Part shown: positions 1 through 14,007 of the stretch, piece by piece
Position numbering within the stretch: the stretch's first letter is position 1
Layout: each line of letters begins with the position of its first letter
From: Podarcis vaucheri
Taxonomy: Eukaryota
Length of the DNA: 64,000 bases
Assembly: GCA_965113315.1 (NCBI GenBank)
Contig: OZ220363.1
Reading direction: 5' to 3' (one strand)
The notes under the pieces: model-generated
Databases searched by the model: none
What the model was told of the DNA's origin: nothing
Seen by the model: only the letters and a program-made list of their open reading frames with translations
Program-made: the position numbers and the translations under genes

Positions 1-3000
1 GGGAGTAACAGGGCACATTAATTTATATGACATGCTGCCCTGTTTCTCTTATAGAGGCCCATAGGAGGAGTTTGCTACCCTGAGCTTTTACTTAGGTCCC
101 TAATGAAAATAAAAATGTTTTCAGCCCGTTAGTTGGGCACTTTAAACTATCATGCATGCCTTTCTTTGTACGTCCACCTCCCACCCCTACAATTTTTTAA
201 AAAAACAAATATTACCTCTAAGTATATATGACTAATACGATTCAAAATTTATAAGATGCAATTGAAACAGCACAAGTGACACACACTTCAGTGTGCTGTT
301 ATTGGGTGCAATGGACACCCTAAAGCACACAAAAGCCAAGAATCACACTGCTGCTATTGCAACCTTTTGTACAAGCAATATTATGACGTGTTAGTGTATT
401 TTTCAATGCAAAAAGTGAATGTTTAATGGGAACAAAACCCCTTAAGTCCCTACTGGTCTTTTCATGGATTTGTTTGCTTTTGCTGTGTGTGCTTTTCTGC
501 AGCCCCAACAAACTGCTGCTATATGGCCGTTTTTAGGGGTTCTCCCTAGCTAGCCAAATCAGCAGTCACTCAGGGCAAACAAAAGCATGTCTTCACTGTC
601 CTTACTCTGAAGGGGTGGGTGAGAAAGGAGAAACTATAATGTGGATCAGAGAGCCAAAGGAAAGGAGAGACTATGATTTGTATCAGAGATCCTGTGAGCA
701 GAACTCTGTCCATGGGCTGCGCCTACTTGCAGAAAGGATATTTTCAGATCCCCCTTCACTGCCCAAAAAAATCTCAAGAGCTGTCTGACCCCCTTCACCA
801 TGGCGGGGCAGGGGCAAGCAAGATTGTAGAGTCCAACTCCACCTTTCTGTGGTTTCACAATTAGAGTTAAGTAACATGAGAGGGAAGTCAGGATCAGGGT
901 TGTAGCCTGGGTAGGCTAAAAACAGCATTTATGCAGTGCACTCTTTGTTAGATGAGATTATGTAATCCATAATGATTTAAAGCTCTAATGTCCTCCAGGC
1001 ACTGCCACCTACCCCATGTGTGGCCCCTGAAATGGTCAGTTCTGTATCTGGCTGTTAGTCAATTGAAAGAAAGGAGTTGTTAACATTTAATCACCACAGA
1101 ATCAGATAGCTTAAAACAAGGTAAAAAAAATGTCATTTTGGCAAAACAGTCAAGGCAGCAAAAAAGCATGAATTGTGCCAGGAAAGGCCAATTGTCAAAA
1201 AAATTGGCTAAATGTCCTTCTGTTTCAGACAATAGCTTATAAAGAAATTAAGAGTCAGTTAAACTAATTCACTTTAGAGGAGCTTGCCATCATAAGGCTG
1301 ACAGAATTCCAGTAGTTCAATAGTGAGACACAGAAACTGTCAATGGTCCCTCAAGCAATTAATTTTCTCCCAGCTCTTCAGAACTGCATTTCAAGAAGTA
1401 TTTGCAGGATCCGACCTAACCTTACCAGGAAATGCCCAAACAAAACAGTGCTGCCACATCCTAAGCCTTATCAGAAAGTTGAAAGTAGTGACCCACTAAG
1501 AGAGAAAACACTAAGCAATATTTTAATTACGGTACGTGCTTCATAATAACTACTAAAAAAAACAACATTAAACTCAAACTAATCACACTTGTTACCTAAC
1601 TCAGATTTAGACTTCTGTAGGTGCAGAGTGAAATATTTAGTTCATTATCTATATACAATGCATACTAGAAATAGCTGCTTACATAAAACAAAAGTATAGG
1701 GTCCAATTCTTACATGCAAACAGTGACATGGAGGCTGTTCAAAACTCACAAGTGTATATAGTCTGCCAGGTGGGTCAAACAAAAATAAGACGATACGGGA
1801 AACTGATATACATATTTAAACAAACAAAGTCCTCAACTCATGGTTTGTAGCCTGACCTGAAGTGGGTTGCAAATGGAATTTAGGGATGGGGTGCTGGTCA
1901 TGGGCACAAACAATCAATATGGTAGTAGTAGAATGTGTGTAGAATAAAAGCTCCCCCCCACTTGAAAATAGCTTCCAGACAGTCTTGAAGAAGCTGGCCT
2001 TTCAAAATTGTTAGGGAGAGGGTATGTTACACTTGACTGTAGCACCTTCTGCATACATGATAGCCAGAACAAGCTTCTAAAAAGGGATATTGTTAAGACA
2101 GAGAAGGCACAGAAAATGACCATTTAAATATTGACAAGGATGGAACAATTCTGCTGTTGAGGAAAAGTTACAACAGGGGTAGCTAACATGATACCCTTCT
2201 GGATGTTTTGGAGCACAGCTCTAATCAAACCCAGCCAGCATGGGTAAAACACTATACTATTTTAATATCCAAATTTATTGTGGTGTGGAAATTTTTTTAA
2301 TGGAGAGCAATTTTCATAGTAAACGTGAGAATGCAATTCATACCTAGAATCCAATCTTAAGTGAGTGCAATCGAGAGAAAGGCAATTGTAGTTGGTTTCA
2401 GTGGAATTAATTTCAATGGATTCAGTTCATACAGACATTTCTTTAAGACAAGGTCCTTTTAATAAAATGAACTGGGAAGCTCTTCTGGGCATGAGTAGGA
2501 ACTCCCATACCCATAAAGCAAATGTTATCAGGACATTAGTAGTTAGGATCAGGGTATTAATCCTTTGATTTAGCTACAAAACAGATCTTATTGAAATAAC
2601 TTGTTAATATGTTCCTATGTGCTTGGTCATCCCATCCATTAGGGGGAGAGGGGGAAACAAATAGGGAGAACGCAAATTTGCAATGCACAAAGTGTACAGT
2701 GTACAGTGTTTACATAGGATAAGAATTATCTAGCCAGATCTACTACCATGCAGCGGATTTTACGTTCTTTGGGGGATTCTAGGTGTGTTTTTCAAAAGGC
2801 CATTCATGAAACTATATTAGAGGTGTCTGGCTTCTATTAATGTTATGTCCTTTGACATCCAGTCAGAGAAAGATAAAAGATGGCATTAACTTCTCACAGT
2901 GGAGTGAAATGAACATGTTAAAAGAAATGAGCAAATACTAAATAGATGTGCAATGCAAGGTGACCCAGTCGACTTTAACAGAGTACCAAAATATAATCAA

Positions 3001-3474
3001 ATAAAACCTATGATCTTTAGACTGGAAAAATGGTGAGCCAGGAAGGCAAACACAATTTTTAAATCTGCAAAGACCAACTGAAATAAATCATGCATAAATT
3101 GTAACATGCAGCTGAGTCCGCTACAACCACTTGATCCTTGCAAGGGCATCAATATTGAAAGGGTGAGCTTGAGTCAGGGTGAGCTCAGCTTTCCTTGGAA
3201 CATCATCCCTCCTGCTACTCACTCTCTCCAGATTATACAAACCACAGAAGCATCAATGCAAACAATCTATTATATACAAAGTGAAACTGCACTCTATTTC
3301 CCTCCATCACTCTCTGTCTAGTAAGCCAAACAGCTAGCTGTTTTGTTGAAGATAGCCACCAGCAAACCTGTTTGAAACTGGGAATGGGCCTTCTTCTGCC
3401 CAAAAGCACCATTCTTAGATTCACCTACTTTTTAAGCTTATTTAAAATTTATCCTTTGCTTTTCTATTAAAATA

Positions 3475-3716
3475 CAATGGTACCTTGGGTTACGTACGCT
3501 TCAGGTTACATAAGCTTCAGGTTACAGACTCCGCTAACCCAGAAATATTACCTCAGGTTAAGAACTTTGCTTCAGGATGAGAACAGAAATCGTGCTCTGG
3601 TGGCGCGGCAGCAGCAGGAGGCCCCATTAGCTAAAGCGGTGCTTCAGGTTAAGAACAGTTTCAGGTTAAGAACGGACCTCCAGAACGAATTAAGTACTTA
3701 ACCCGAGGTACCACTG
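3475..3716. mobile_element. Tc1/mariner (Tigger/pogo-like) MITE
   Basis: TIRs CAATGGTACCTTGGGTTA ... TAACCCGAGGTACCACTG, TA on both sides, internal TTCAGGTTAA repeats. Confidence 0.88.
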
Positions 3717-4016
3717 TAATAACCCAAATGGCTTAAAAAATAAATACAGCAAAGTATGTCAAGAAAATGTTCCCATTCAATTGAATGGAAAACAAAGACA
3801 AGAGAGGCATAAGAAACATAAAGAAACATAAATAAACATCAGTTCTGAAGGATAGCCCTACCATTGTGCAGAACAAGGTGACTACCTGGAGTCAGGGTAC
3901 AGTGGAGAGGGCAGAGATGGGTATGCTATGGCACCTATCCTTTGTCCCCTAAGTAAGTCTGTTGTTCTCAGATGCAGCGAAAGGAAGATGCTGTCCTGTC
4001 ACCAGTGTTGAATTAA

Positions 4017-4335
4017 CTGTGACACATGTGTTGGTAACCTCACATTTGGACTATTGTAATGTGTTCTGTGTGGGGCTATTCTCTTGCAGTTAGTGCAGAA
4101 CACTGCAGCCCTTATCAGGTACATATCACACTAATGCCCTCAATAATTCTGAACCTGAAAAACCATTTCCCCCTCCACTGCCCAGTAAGTTTTGCCACAA
4201 CCTGATTAGGTTGTGGTAACATGGAGGCTGGCTTTTTCACTAGTGGTATCAGTGTTTTGGAATGCCCTCCTTGCTAAAATACAAGAAACTCCATCAGTCT
4301 TGACATCCCATCAGCTCTTAAAGACACAAGAGTAC
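4017..4335 (+). mobile_element. Decayed L2 LINE, 3' part of ORF2
   Basis: Translates to VTHVLVTSHLDYCN...LQLVQNTAA...AFSLVVSVFWNALLAKIQETPS...LLKT, resembling the L2 motifs LVTSRLDYCN / LQLVQNAAAR / LWNALP. Confidence 0.72.
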
Positions 4336-7054
4336 TTTGTGTCTTTGTGTCATAAAGCACTCCTCTCCACCTGCACATCAAGCAAAAATATCAGCTCAAG
4401 TAATACCCCCAAACTATGGAACTGCTGCTTCAGAGGTAGTTCAACCCTATCCAGAACAGATTGGATCCATTTCCAAATCTCCAGAACAGTTGATCAACTA
4501 CCTTGTCTGACTAACTTTAGGATTTGTTCACTCTCATCCACCCCATCTACACTGGAAAATTTCCATGTGATAGCAAGCAGTCCTGGCAACTACCAGCAGA
4601 CTTTGCATGCAATGGCAATTATTCATATAGTAATCTGCTCTAGATATTAACAGCCCCAGTATGACAAATATGGGAGATATCCAATGCCCTCATTTCATTA
4701 CTACAAGATTTCCATTTGTGCAACAGAACCCTTCCTTCCTCTCTCCAAATCTATTTTGGAAGGTTGGGTGAACCCCCAAAACAGATTTAAAGGGAGGATT
4801 AAGGGGAGGGGAGGAGAGGAGGAGAGGAGAGACAAAGTTCCGTTGAACAGGCATGGCTGGGCAAGATTGATAAATAGTCTGACTTTGTATAAGGCAGCTG
4901 CCTATGTTCCTAAATACTATCCCAACACAAACTAGACAGCCATGTGCAATCAAAAGGTCCTAGAATGCCCATCATTTGCCTGCTGCCATGCGGGGTGGTG
5001 GTGGTTAGAATGAATTGGAAAGTATTTGTGTAAAAGATTTTGAAGGCACAAGGTCCTTGAAGAGCTCTGCTAAAGAGAATAAAATACATACTATGTTGAA
5101 ACTGCATACCAAAGATATCTAAAGATTGCATTCAGGCTTCAAGTACTTCTTAACCTCTCCAACCAGATTCATGTCACCAAGAATATAACTTAATAGACTG
5201 AGAAGTTATATCTAAAAGGGAAAACTGCATCTTTACATTATAGGATGGTAATAAAATCCCATAGCAATTATCCCATTGTTATGCTCAAAATAGGTACACT
5301 CTTTCATGCCTTAATTTTATGTTTTGCTTTGCCCTGTGCTAAAAGCACCAACATAATTATGCCCTCCAAGATCCTTGCAAAATCTGCTCAGAGTGATTAT
5401 TTGACTCTCTTTTATTTGTGGAAAGTAGCTAATATTGTTTCAGGCTTTTTATCAAAATAAATGCATGATTGGCTTTAACCATTTTCCCCCTATAATTGTT
5501 TAAAAAACGAGTTTGCTAATAGATGGAAGAGAAGAAGGTTAAATACTTTAATTTCCAACTTGCACACGCATGCAATGTAAAGAGTTTCTCATTTTGTGTA
5601 ATTTAGGCACAACCACAGGACATAAATGATAATGTAAAAAAATAAAAACCCACCAAAAAAGGAACATGATGGTGTATATTACATGTGAATATGATTTCTG
5701 ATTAATAATGGTGATTCAAATATATTAGTTCCCATTTAGAAGATACAATTGCAAGCTATTTTTATTTTTATGAATGCTTATGTGAAATAGTTTTAAATTT
5801 ATCTTCACCATAAACCTAGAGCCTAAATCATCATTCAACTGTTGCAACATCATTCAAATATATAGTGCTGTTTTTTATATTAGTAATTAAGCCCATTCTA
5901 TTTCATCATTCAAAATGTTTGAAAACTATTTATAATTCCCATTTAGAAAACCATGCCTAGGCAGCCACTATAATTCATTTCAGATTTCAAAATAAAGTTT
6001 CCAAATATGGATCTGGAACGTTCCTACATATCTTTCTATGAATCCTTACATTAAGTCTGGTACTTATGTGAACACCACTAGTTCATATTTCTCACTTAAA
6101 GCACAGTCAGTCAGCTCAATCATTTGCTTGCCTTTCAGGCTTACTTTGCAGGTTCTCGGTCTAAATGGTGTTGCAACCAAGCATGGGTAAAGGGATGGTT
6201 GCAATGCCAAGCACTCAGTATTACAGAATCTTTCTCTTGGACCAGCACTTCATTAAATTGCCCCTCCCCTATTGGCCATGTCCAGACCAGATCAGCCTTA
6301 AACATAAATATAGGTACTTTAGTCCATTGACTTCAATGTGTATAGAGTAAGGCAAAACAACATAACGCTACTATCATAAATATGAAAATGATGGGGTATT
6401 AATGTCTTACAGAAAAATCACAATGGAAATCTGTTATACTTGTAAATCAAAAACGCATGTTCCTAGTTCCATTTGCTTGGCTTACAGCTGCCTTGTAAAG
6501 TGCTTCCGACAGATGTCAGATGGCATTGCCAGATGTCTATTTCTTCACATCTCAAAGCAATGCATATTAGTCAATGAAATGTTACTTCTCGCACTTATCT
6601 GTGCATTCAGAAACACTCACATGTGTTTGTATAGGCTATGGGAGAACTGTAATGCAGGGCTGTATAACCTAAATGACCTCAAGAGCCATTCCATTTTGAA
6701 GGGCCAAGGACTGCAACCGTAATTTTATCACCAAAATTGTCAGTTCCACCTCAGCTTAATGCACATTAATCTCTTTATCACTTTAATTTGTCCTTAGCTA
6801 CTTTGGCATGTGAATTTGTCCAGTGCATAATACACCATCAAGCACCAGTTCTATAGGAAATTATTTTCTGTCTTGGAATGCTAACTGGGCATGTGCAGGT
6901 CTGCAGGGTTCCTATGAAGTTTTAGTGTTTTCAAGAGTTTTCAAGAAGGGATAGCAGCTGGGAATTGTAGTTTCCAGAGCTCTGTGTGCTATGAGCATGT
7001 GCATGGTGCCCTGAAACATGTTCTTACCTAAGCATCTGAGATCTTTACCAAGTA

Positions 7055-7258
7055 CAGTGGTACCTCTGGTCGTGGACAGGATCCATTCTGGATCTCTTGT
7101 CGGATCCCGAGGTTTCCGCAACCGGAGGTGCCTGTTCTGCGCACATGTGCGGCGCGATAGAGCGCTTCTGCGCATGCGTGCAGCGAAACCTGGAAATATA
7201 TTTCTGGGTTTGCTGAAGGATACATAACAAGAGGCGCACGTAAGTAGAGGTACCACTG
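7055..7258. mobile_element. Tc1/mariner (Tigger-like) MITE, second family
   Basis: TIRs CAGTGGTACCTCT ... AGAGGTACCACTG, TA target duplication, CpG-rich interior. Confidence 0.9.
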
Positions 7259-7501
7259 TACTCTGTTGCCTTGTGAACAGCGTTTTTTGCTTTAGTATAT
7301 TAAACATGGAAGGGTATTATTCCGACAGCCAGACATGTGTGAAGTAAATACATTTTCAAATATTAATAAGGTTGGGGGGGAAAGAAGTATCTCATAACCA
7401 AATAAAATCTCCAGGTCTTGACCAGGAAACAAACTTGTAGTATAGGCATGGTTGTGTAAAAAGCATAGACTGCAAAGCAGCTAATACACAGTATTGAAGA
7501 G

Positions 7502-7692
7502 GAATCACAGAATTGTAGAGTTGGAAGGGACCCCAGGGGCCATCTAGTCCAACCCACTGCAAGAATCTCAACTAAAGCATCTGTGACAGATGGCCATCCA
7601 ACCTGTTTAAAATCTCCAATGAAGGGGACTCCACCTCCTTCCAAAGGAGTCTGTCCCACTGTTGAGCAGCTCTTACTGATGTTTAGTCGGAG
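7502..7692 (-). mobile_element. CR1 LINE 3' end
   Basis: Minus strand ends ...GGGTTGGACTAGATGGCCCCTGGGGTCCCTTCCAACTCTACAATTCTGTGATTC, the typical CR1 3' hairpin plus ATTCTRTG tail. Confidence 0.88.
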
Positions 7693-10481
7693 AATATTTG
7701 AGACTTTGCCTTCTTGATTTTTTAACAACCTGTGCTCAGTTATTTGACTTAAATACACACACAGTTTGCTGGATCACAGTCAAATTAGTGAAGTCCATTG
7801 ATTTCATTGGATCTAATCTGAGAATGCCTTGCTTGACTACAACCCTTAATATTTATTTTGGTTGTTCTGAGAGGATTGTATATTTAAACGATTCTAAATT
7901 TTTATGAGAGATGGCTAAGAATGTTAGAGGAACAATACATTTTTTGGATTAGAAGACCAAGCCAAACACACACACACCCCACACATACTCTGAGGTTTAA
8001 TACACCCGGTTTTGCTGCTTGACTTGACACTGACTTAACACTGGCTGTGGGTTCGGGTGTAAGTCAGATCAGTTTTCATGGCCTACAGACTGATAGGATA
8101 ACTTCTGGTACAATAAAGTACTGTACTACTTATGCATCAGCTAAGAGAAAACAAAAGGAAGACACCTTTATAAATACTTCTGCTAATTTATGTGAGTAGG
8201 TGCTGATTTAAAAATAATTACTTTTAAGTAGACATATAATACATCTGACGGCAACTTCAAGGCCACAGCTCTCTCAGACTTGGATTCAAAGACCTTCATA
8301 CAGGCAACTTCTGTAGAATAGGGCACATGGCCACCAAAGAGTGATGAGATAGGAATTCAATTAGAATGAAGCTCAAGGACCATCATTTGGAAACCTCTGC
8401 TCTAGGGGATGCAATCATGTGACTAACGCAGCTGGATACAAGACTTCGTTTTCAAAACTAGGTAAGAGAATAAGAACAAAACCATTTCAATTGAAAAGCT
8501 TTTATTATACGGTGCTCAACTTTTCACTGAAGGTTAGAGAGACTTTTCTTGAATTCAGTAGTCCTACTTAAGGATAACAAAATCATATCATTGTTAAGGA
8601 CCTCAGAAATTACAGCACTACATGATAAACTGCTCTGTCTCTGTTTTATATTAATACTTCATACATATAAGCTGCTCTAAATTTAATGCTCTTGTAAGGA
8701 AGGTTAAATACTACAAAACTTCCATACAGCAAAAGCCTGGAACTCTTAATGCATCAGATTTTCTACTTGGTGATTGTTCAGATGGTATTACATCTTAATG
8801 GATTCCTTTTTAAAGAACTAGATTGTGATTAATTGCAGTGCATGATTATGTACATGAAAAGGATTGGTCTGAACCTTTGCCCTAACCATACACCAGGGTA
8901 AAAGGAAGTTATAAAAAGGTGATGATTTAATCATTTTACTGAAATAAAACTGTGACATCTTAGCAGACACAAACAATCCTATTTATGTGTTAAATGAACA
9001 CCATTTTTATTGCCCAATGTAAATGCAAGTCATGCACAACAAATCAAGCAGGTGTCTAAAAGGGGAAAACATTCTTTTGAGCATTAACCCTTGGCAATAT
9101 TTGTGTTTCCCAAATAAAGCTGGAAATAAGCCAGTTTAGTGTAATGCCTAGAACACTATTTGGACATGGAAAACATCAATGCAAATATCTACATAGCCAT
9201 CATTTTTCTAGATAGCTATGAGCATGTTACCATCTCTCTGCCAAGTTACAGAATTATTCTGAGGATAAAATAGGAGAGACATATATACACCAGCCTTAAA
9301 GGAGAATAGGATAAAAAGGAGCTTGCAAGTGCTCCTTTGTTATTTATTAACACACATAGAGGACATACTCCAGATTTATATAATGACCATTAAAATAGAC
9401 ACTACTTGTATAGAAAACTAACAGAATTAGAATGTGTGTGTGATTTATTTATTTAGTCTGTGCGCACATGTGTGTTTGTGCGTGCACACATATACACTCT
9501 ACAGAAAGCACATGAGAGGACAGCAAAATTGCTTTGTTTTAACATTTACTGCAAACCATGCCAATATTTGGCCACAGTATTATAGCAGACCTGGGTGCAA
9601 GTGCTAATCAAGTGGAAATGCTAGTAGACATTTATTAGCATTTATTTATAAAATCAAATACTCCTTTTCAAAAAAAAAAAGCATACACGAAATGGTTTTC
9701 AATTTTTTTAAGAGTACATCTTTTGAGGGTAGGCTCAATTTGCACAAATTCATATTTGTGTCTAAAAAATAAGAAGACTTGGACTAATCTCTGCCTGAGA
9801 TGAAAATTGTTTCCCTAGTCTATTGATTGAGGCCCATATGAATAGACCTATGCCCACCTGAAGGGATCCAGAGCAGATAATATTTTGTATGCACCTGATG
9901 AGCACTGATCAGAATAGGATTAATGTACAGTATATATATCCCCAGTGCTAGATGCAGCAAAAGTGAAGAAGTCATTTGCCTGTTAGCCACAAGCTGATTC
10001 AAGTACAGATACCAGTTTCAACATATGGATGGCATTTAATAATCAAGTATTTAGACACATACATGAAATAAAATACGATTTGTGTATCCTGGGATTCGTG
10101 TATCCTGGGAGTTCCCACTGGGAAAAAAGAAACCAACTGAGATATTTGCCGTGCATCCAACAATGCAATTCAAATGGACTTGCTCAAGTTCAATCCTGTT
10201 TAGAAGAAGGGAAAAACTGTGGGTACTGTTCCACAGTTAACATTAGACGTAGCCAAAATTGCTTTGTTCCCTATGGGCCCAGTCTGAAGTCAATAGATGT
10301 GTATACAAATGAAGATATGTGGAAACATTCTTACTAATTTTAAGATTTCATGGTCTATGTAAATTTGTGATGTGCCTCAATTAACATTTTCCCCACTTTA
10401 AAGCTTTGCAGTAAGAAAAAGCCAGGCATATTTTTTTAAAAAAATAAAGATGCACTTATGATATAGCCTTATTTTTTGAAA

Positions 10482-10624
10482 CAGTGCTTTTTCTGGGGCG
10501 ACGCGGGGGGTACGCGTACCCCTTAACATTTTGTGAATCTAAGTTTGACCTCATTGAGGGGCAGTATTTCAATATGAGTAGGAAAATGAGAGTACCCCTA
10601 AACTTTTTTTTAAAAAAAGCACTG
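10482..10624. mobile_element. Short non-autonomous DNA transposon (hAT-like MITE)
   Basis: TIRs CAGTGCTTTTT ... AAAAAGCACTG with internal GTACCCCT repeats; target duplication not clean. Confidence 0.75.
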
Positions 10625-11596
10625 TCCAAAACATTTGGTTAAGCAATACATTTTGCTGAACTAACATACTGTTTGTATAGTGTTATGTCCTTAAATGGTG
10701 CAGGCAAACAAACCTTGTGATCATCCATATTCAGAATAAATTTGACTTCACATAGAAATCATCCTAAATGTGAAAAGGAATGCGGAAACTAAGCGAAGTC
10801 TGATTGTTTTGGTGGCAGTATTAGGAAAACCAAACAATCTGCCTGACGTCACCAAAATAATTCACCTGACATCATGATGGAGAAGCCAGCCATGAACACC
10901 TCGCAAATTATTATTTTGATCCAGTTGTTAAGAGAGAATTACAGCAAAACCTGCACTTTCCACAGCTATTAAAGCACTGACCCTAGAAGAGCACTCTTTT
11001 GTGCTGAACTTTTTTATATCACCAAGACTATTAATCAGGTGCCAGTTCAACTGATGTGCTTTATATAGTTGACCCCAACCAGTGCCTTAATTACCAGGTA
11101 TTAAATGCTAATTAGGATTCTCTGCATTAAAGTTTAATTTCTAAAAAAAAGGAAAGAGTGAAAAATCTAAAAAGTATTGCGTTCCTTTGTTGTGTGCTAC
11201 AGCATGGATGCAGGAGGATGCAGCAATTTGCTATTGACAAGCATTACAGGAGCAGGTCATTTCACAAGTATAGTGTGGACAAAGGTGAACTGGGCAACTG
11301 ATGAGAATCTGTGGCCAAGGCGAAATAGCAATCTCTGAGCCAAACAGTAATAAAGTTACTGAAATGAAGCAATGCAGCTTTTAAAGTGAACTGTCATAAG
11401 TAGGAAATGGGTTTCAGAGTAATTAAAACCAGGGGCGAACCAACCATTAGGCTAAGTAAACTACAGTGTCTGGCCTCTGATAAAGCTATGAGTAGCTTTA
11501 ATACAGTGTATGTTACCCAGTAAATGCTCTTTCAAACATTGCAAAAAAAAATAAGGAATAGATTTAACAGTAATAGAGAGGCTACTGAGCAGTTAT

Positions 11597-12367
11597 TTCT
11601 CCACAAGGGCCGACACTGGTGCCGAAATCCAGCATTGCCTGAGCTCTGTGAGTGCAGCTTTCTCCCAGCTGAAGTGTTTGAGGACCGGGACATTCTCAGG
11701 GAAACTGAAATGCTTGTTTACAAAGCTACTGTACTACCAACCTTACTGTATGCTTGTGAAACATGGGTCACTTATAAATGCCATCTCCAATTCCTCGAAA
11801 GATTCCATCAACGGTGTCTCCAATTTTTTTTACATATCACTTGGGAAGACAGGCAAACTAATGCCAGTGTACTGGAAGAAGCAAAGATCACCAGTGTCAA
11901 AGCAATGATTCTTCAACATCAACTTCGTTGGACTGGTCATGTTGTTCAGATGCCTGATAATTGTCTTCCAAAGCAACTACTATATTCCAAATTTAAAATT
12001 GGAAAGCTCAATGCTGGTGGTCAACAAAAGAGGTTTAAGGACTCTCTCAAGGTAAATCTTAAAAAATGTAGTATAAATTACGACAATTGGGAAACACTGG
12101 CCTGCGAGCGCTCTAATTGGAGAACAGCCTTTGTCATGAACTTTGAAGACGCTTGAACTTGGGACGAAAGGGAAAAACGTGCTAAGAGGAAGGCACACTT
12201 GGCAAACCCTCACCATGATCAACTCCCGTCCGGAAACCTATGTCCCCACTGTGGAAGGACATGTGCATCCAGAATTGGCCTCCACAGCCACTTACGGACT
12301 CTCTGTTGTGACCATATTCATGGAAGACAATCTTACTCAGCTACGAGTGATCGCCAAAGAAGAAGAG
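11597..12367 (+). mobile_element. 5'-truncated RTE-clade LINE (post-RT C-terminus plus C2H2 finger, GAA tail)
   Basis: VYKATVLPTLLYACETW...RFHQRCL...QLRWTGHVVQM...LPKQLLY...GGQQKRFKDSLK, then CPHCGRTCASRIGLHSHLRT; ends in gaagaaga. Confidence 0.9.
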
Positions 12368-13027
12368 CTAGAGTGGAGAATCTTTTCCATTACAGCTACT
12401 GCAGCAGCAGCAGCAAGGTAAACAAGGGAGCTGAAGCAGTACTAAGGGGCAACCAAAGAAGAATCCATATCCTTACCAGACAGAAATACAAAATAATAAT
12501 CATTCGCATCAGCATCTGCCACTCATCTGGCTGGGTTGCCCCAGCTACTCTGGGCGGCTTCCAGAGAACAAAGGCAGGGAACAGTCCCTAACTCAGCTGC
12601 TGCTTTGCATCTCCCTCTGGTAAGCATATATGGAATACCTTTGCATTCCACCACACCCACCACTCAGTGGTAACTGTAGAGTACCACCTCAGCCCCATGC
12701 TTACCTGACTGCAGTGCAACTTTAAAGGAAGGAAAGCCTCCAGGGTTGCCAGATTGGGTACAGTGTGCAAAATGGCATGAACTGAACATACTTTAAGAAA
12801 AAGAAAATAATTTTTCAGCCCTTAAGCAATCCTTAATGAAAAAGAAAAAGGCCCTAATATTTATTAATCTGCCACTAGGCTGAGAAGAAAAATCAAGAAC
12901 TCTCAGTTTGTTGAGGTCTAATAATTTAAAAAAGGAGACATGCAGTAACTGAATGGATCAGATCGCAACAGTCCCAGTGAAGTGGACTATTCACCACAGT
13001 GGAAATAAGCCAAATAGATCAGCCAGC

Positions 13028-13030
<3 letters not shown>

Positions 13031-13068
<38 letters not shown>
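13031..13068. repeat. (CA)n microsatellite
   Basis: Directly visible. Confidence 0.95.
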
Positions 13069-13070
<2 letters not shown>

Positions 13071-13867
13071 TGCACAAATTATGTTAATTATGTTAACTAA
13101 AATATGCAAATTAGCTGTGGCCCTCTGCATTTTCCAAGGTGACCCTCCGTGCCGAATGTGCTGCATATCCAGTGTACTAAAATATGCTGGTAGATGGGCA
13201 ACTATCTTATCTGCTGAAACATTAAGAATAATGTATTCCTCCATACACAAACAATGAAATATTTTGAATAAAGCATCCAACAGAAACTTGTTCAAAATGA
13301 AAAAAAACCTCCTACTAGTTAAATTGTATTTAAAGACTGAAATGTTTTCCAAGTGCAAGCATATATACATCAGAATTATTTACCTTTGCTGAACACCTAA
13401 ACAGACATCTAAATATAAGAAAGGTGTACAAAATATATGTACTGAGAGGAGATTAATCTGTTTAAATCCCATTTTGATTCTGTTTTAAATACCTGAGCTG
13501 ATATTTTCACATAATCTAAATTAAACCAAGGAAAGCAGGTATTAATATAAGAAATTGTCAATTATATTTATAGCCAGTGGAAACAGTAACCTGACAAACA
13601 TGCTGCTGCTTAATTAAGATTTCAATCCTGTACAGTTAGAAGCAGAGACGCCTCGGTAATAGATATAAGGAAGTATGAATTTTATACAGGGTTATAGCAA
13701 ACATAAACAATATTCTCCTTTTCTTTTTAAAAATAGCTAAATATCTGAATTGATAAGAAAGACAAATACAGATTCTATGACTCTCTTTCCTAGCAACACA
13801 TATTTCAGCAGTTAGATATACCAGCTAAATAGTGGGAAATCCTTCCTTGGTGTGCAAATTTAAGACT

Positions 13868-14007
13868 NNNNNNNNNNNNNNNNNNNNNNNNNNNNNNNNN
13901 NNNNNNNNNNNNNNNNNNNNNNNNNNNNNNNNNNNNNNNNNNNNNNNNNNNNNNNNNNNNNNNNNNNNNNNNNNNNNNNNNNNNNNNNNNNNNNNNNNNN
14001 NNNNNNN
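13868..14007. other. N-run, 140 nt
   Basis: Directly visible. Confidence 0.99.

Noticed and set aside
11524-12591. 210-aa and 130-aa ORFs as host genes (including a zinc-finger gene)
   Set aside because: Explained by the RTE LINE remnant.
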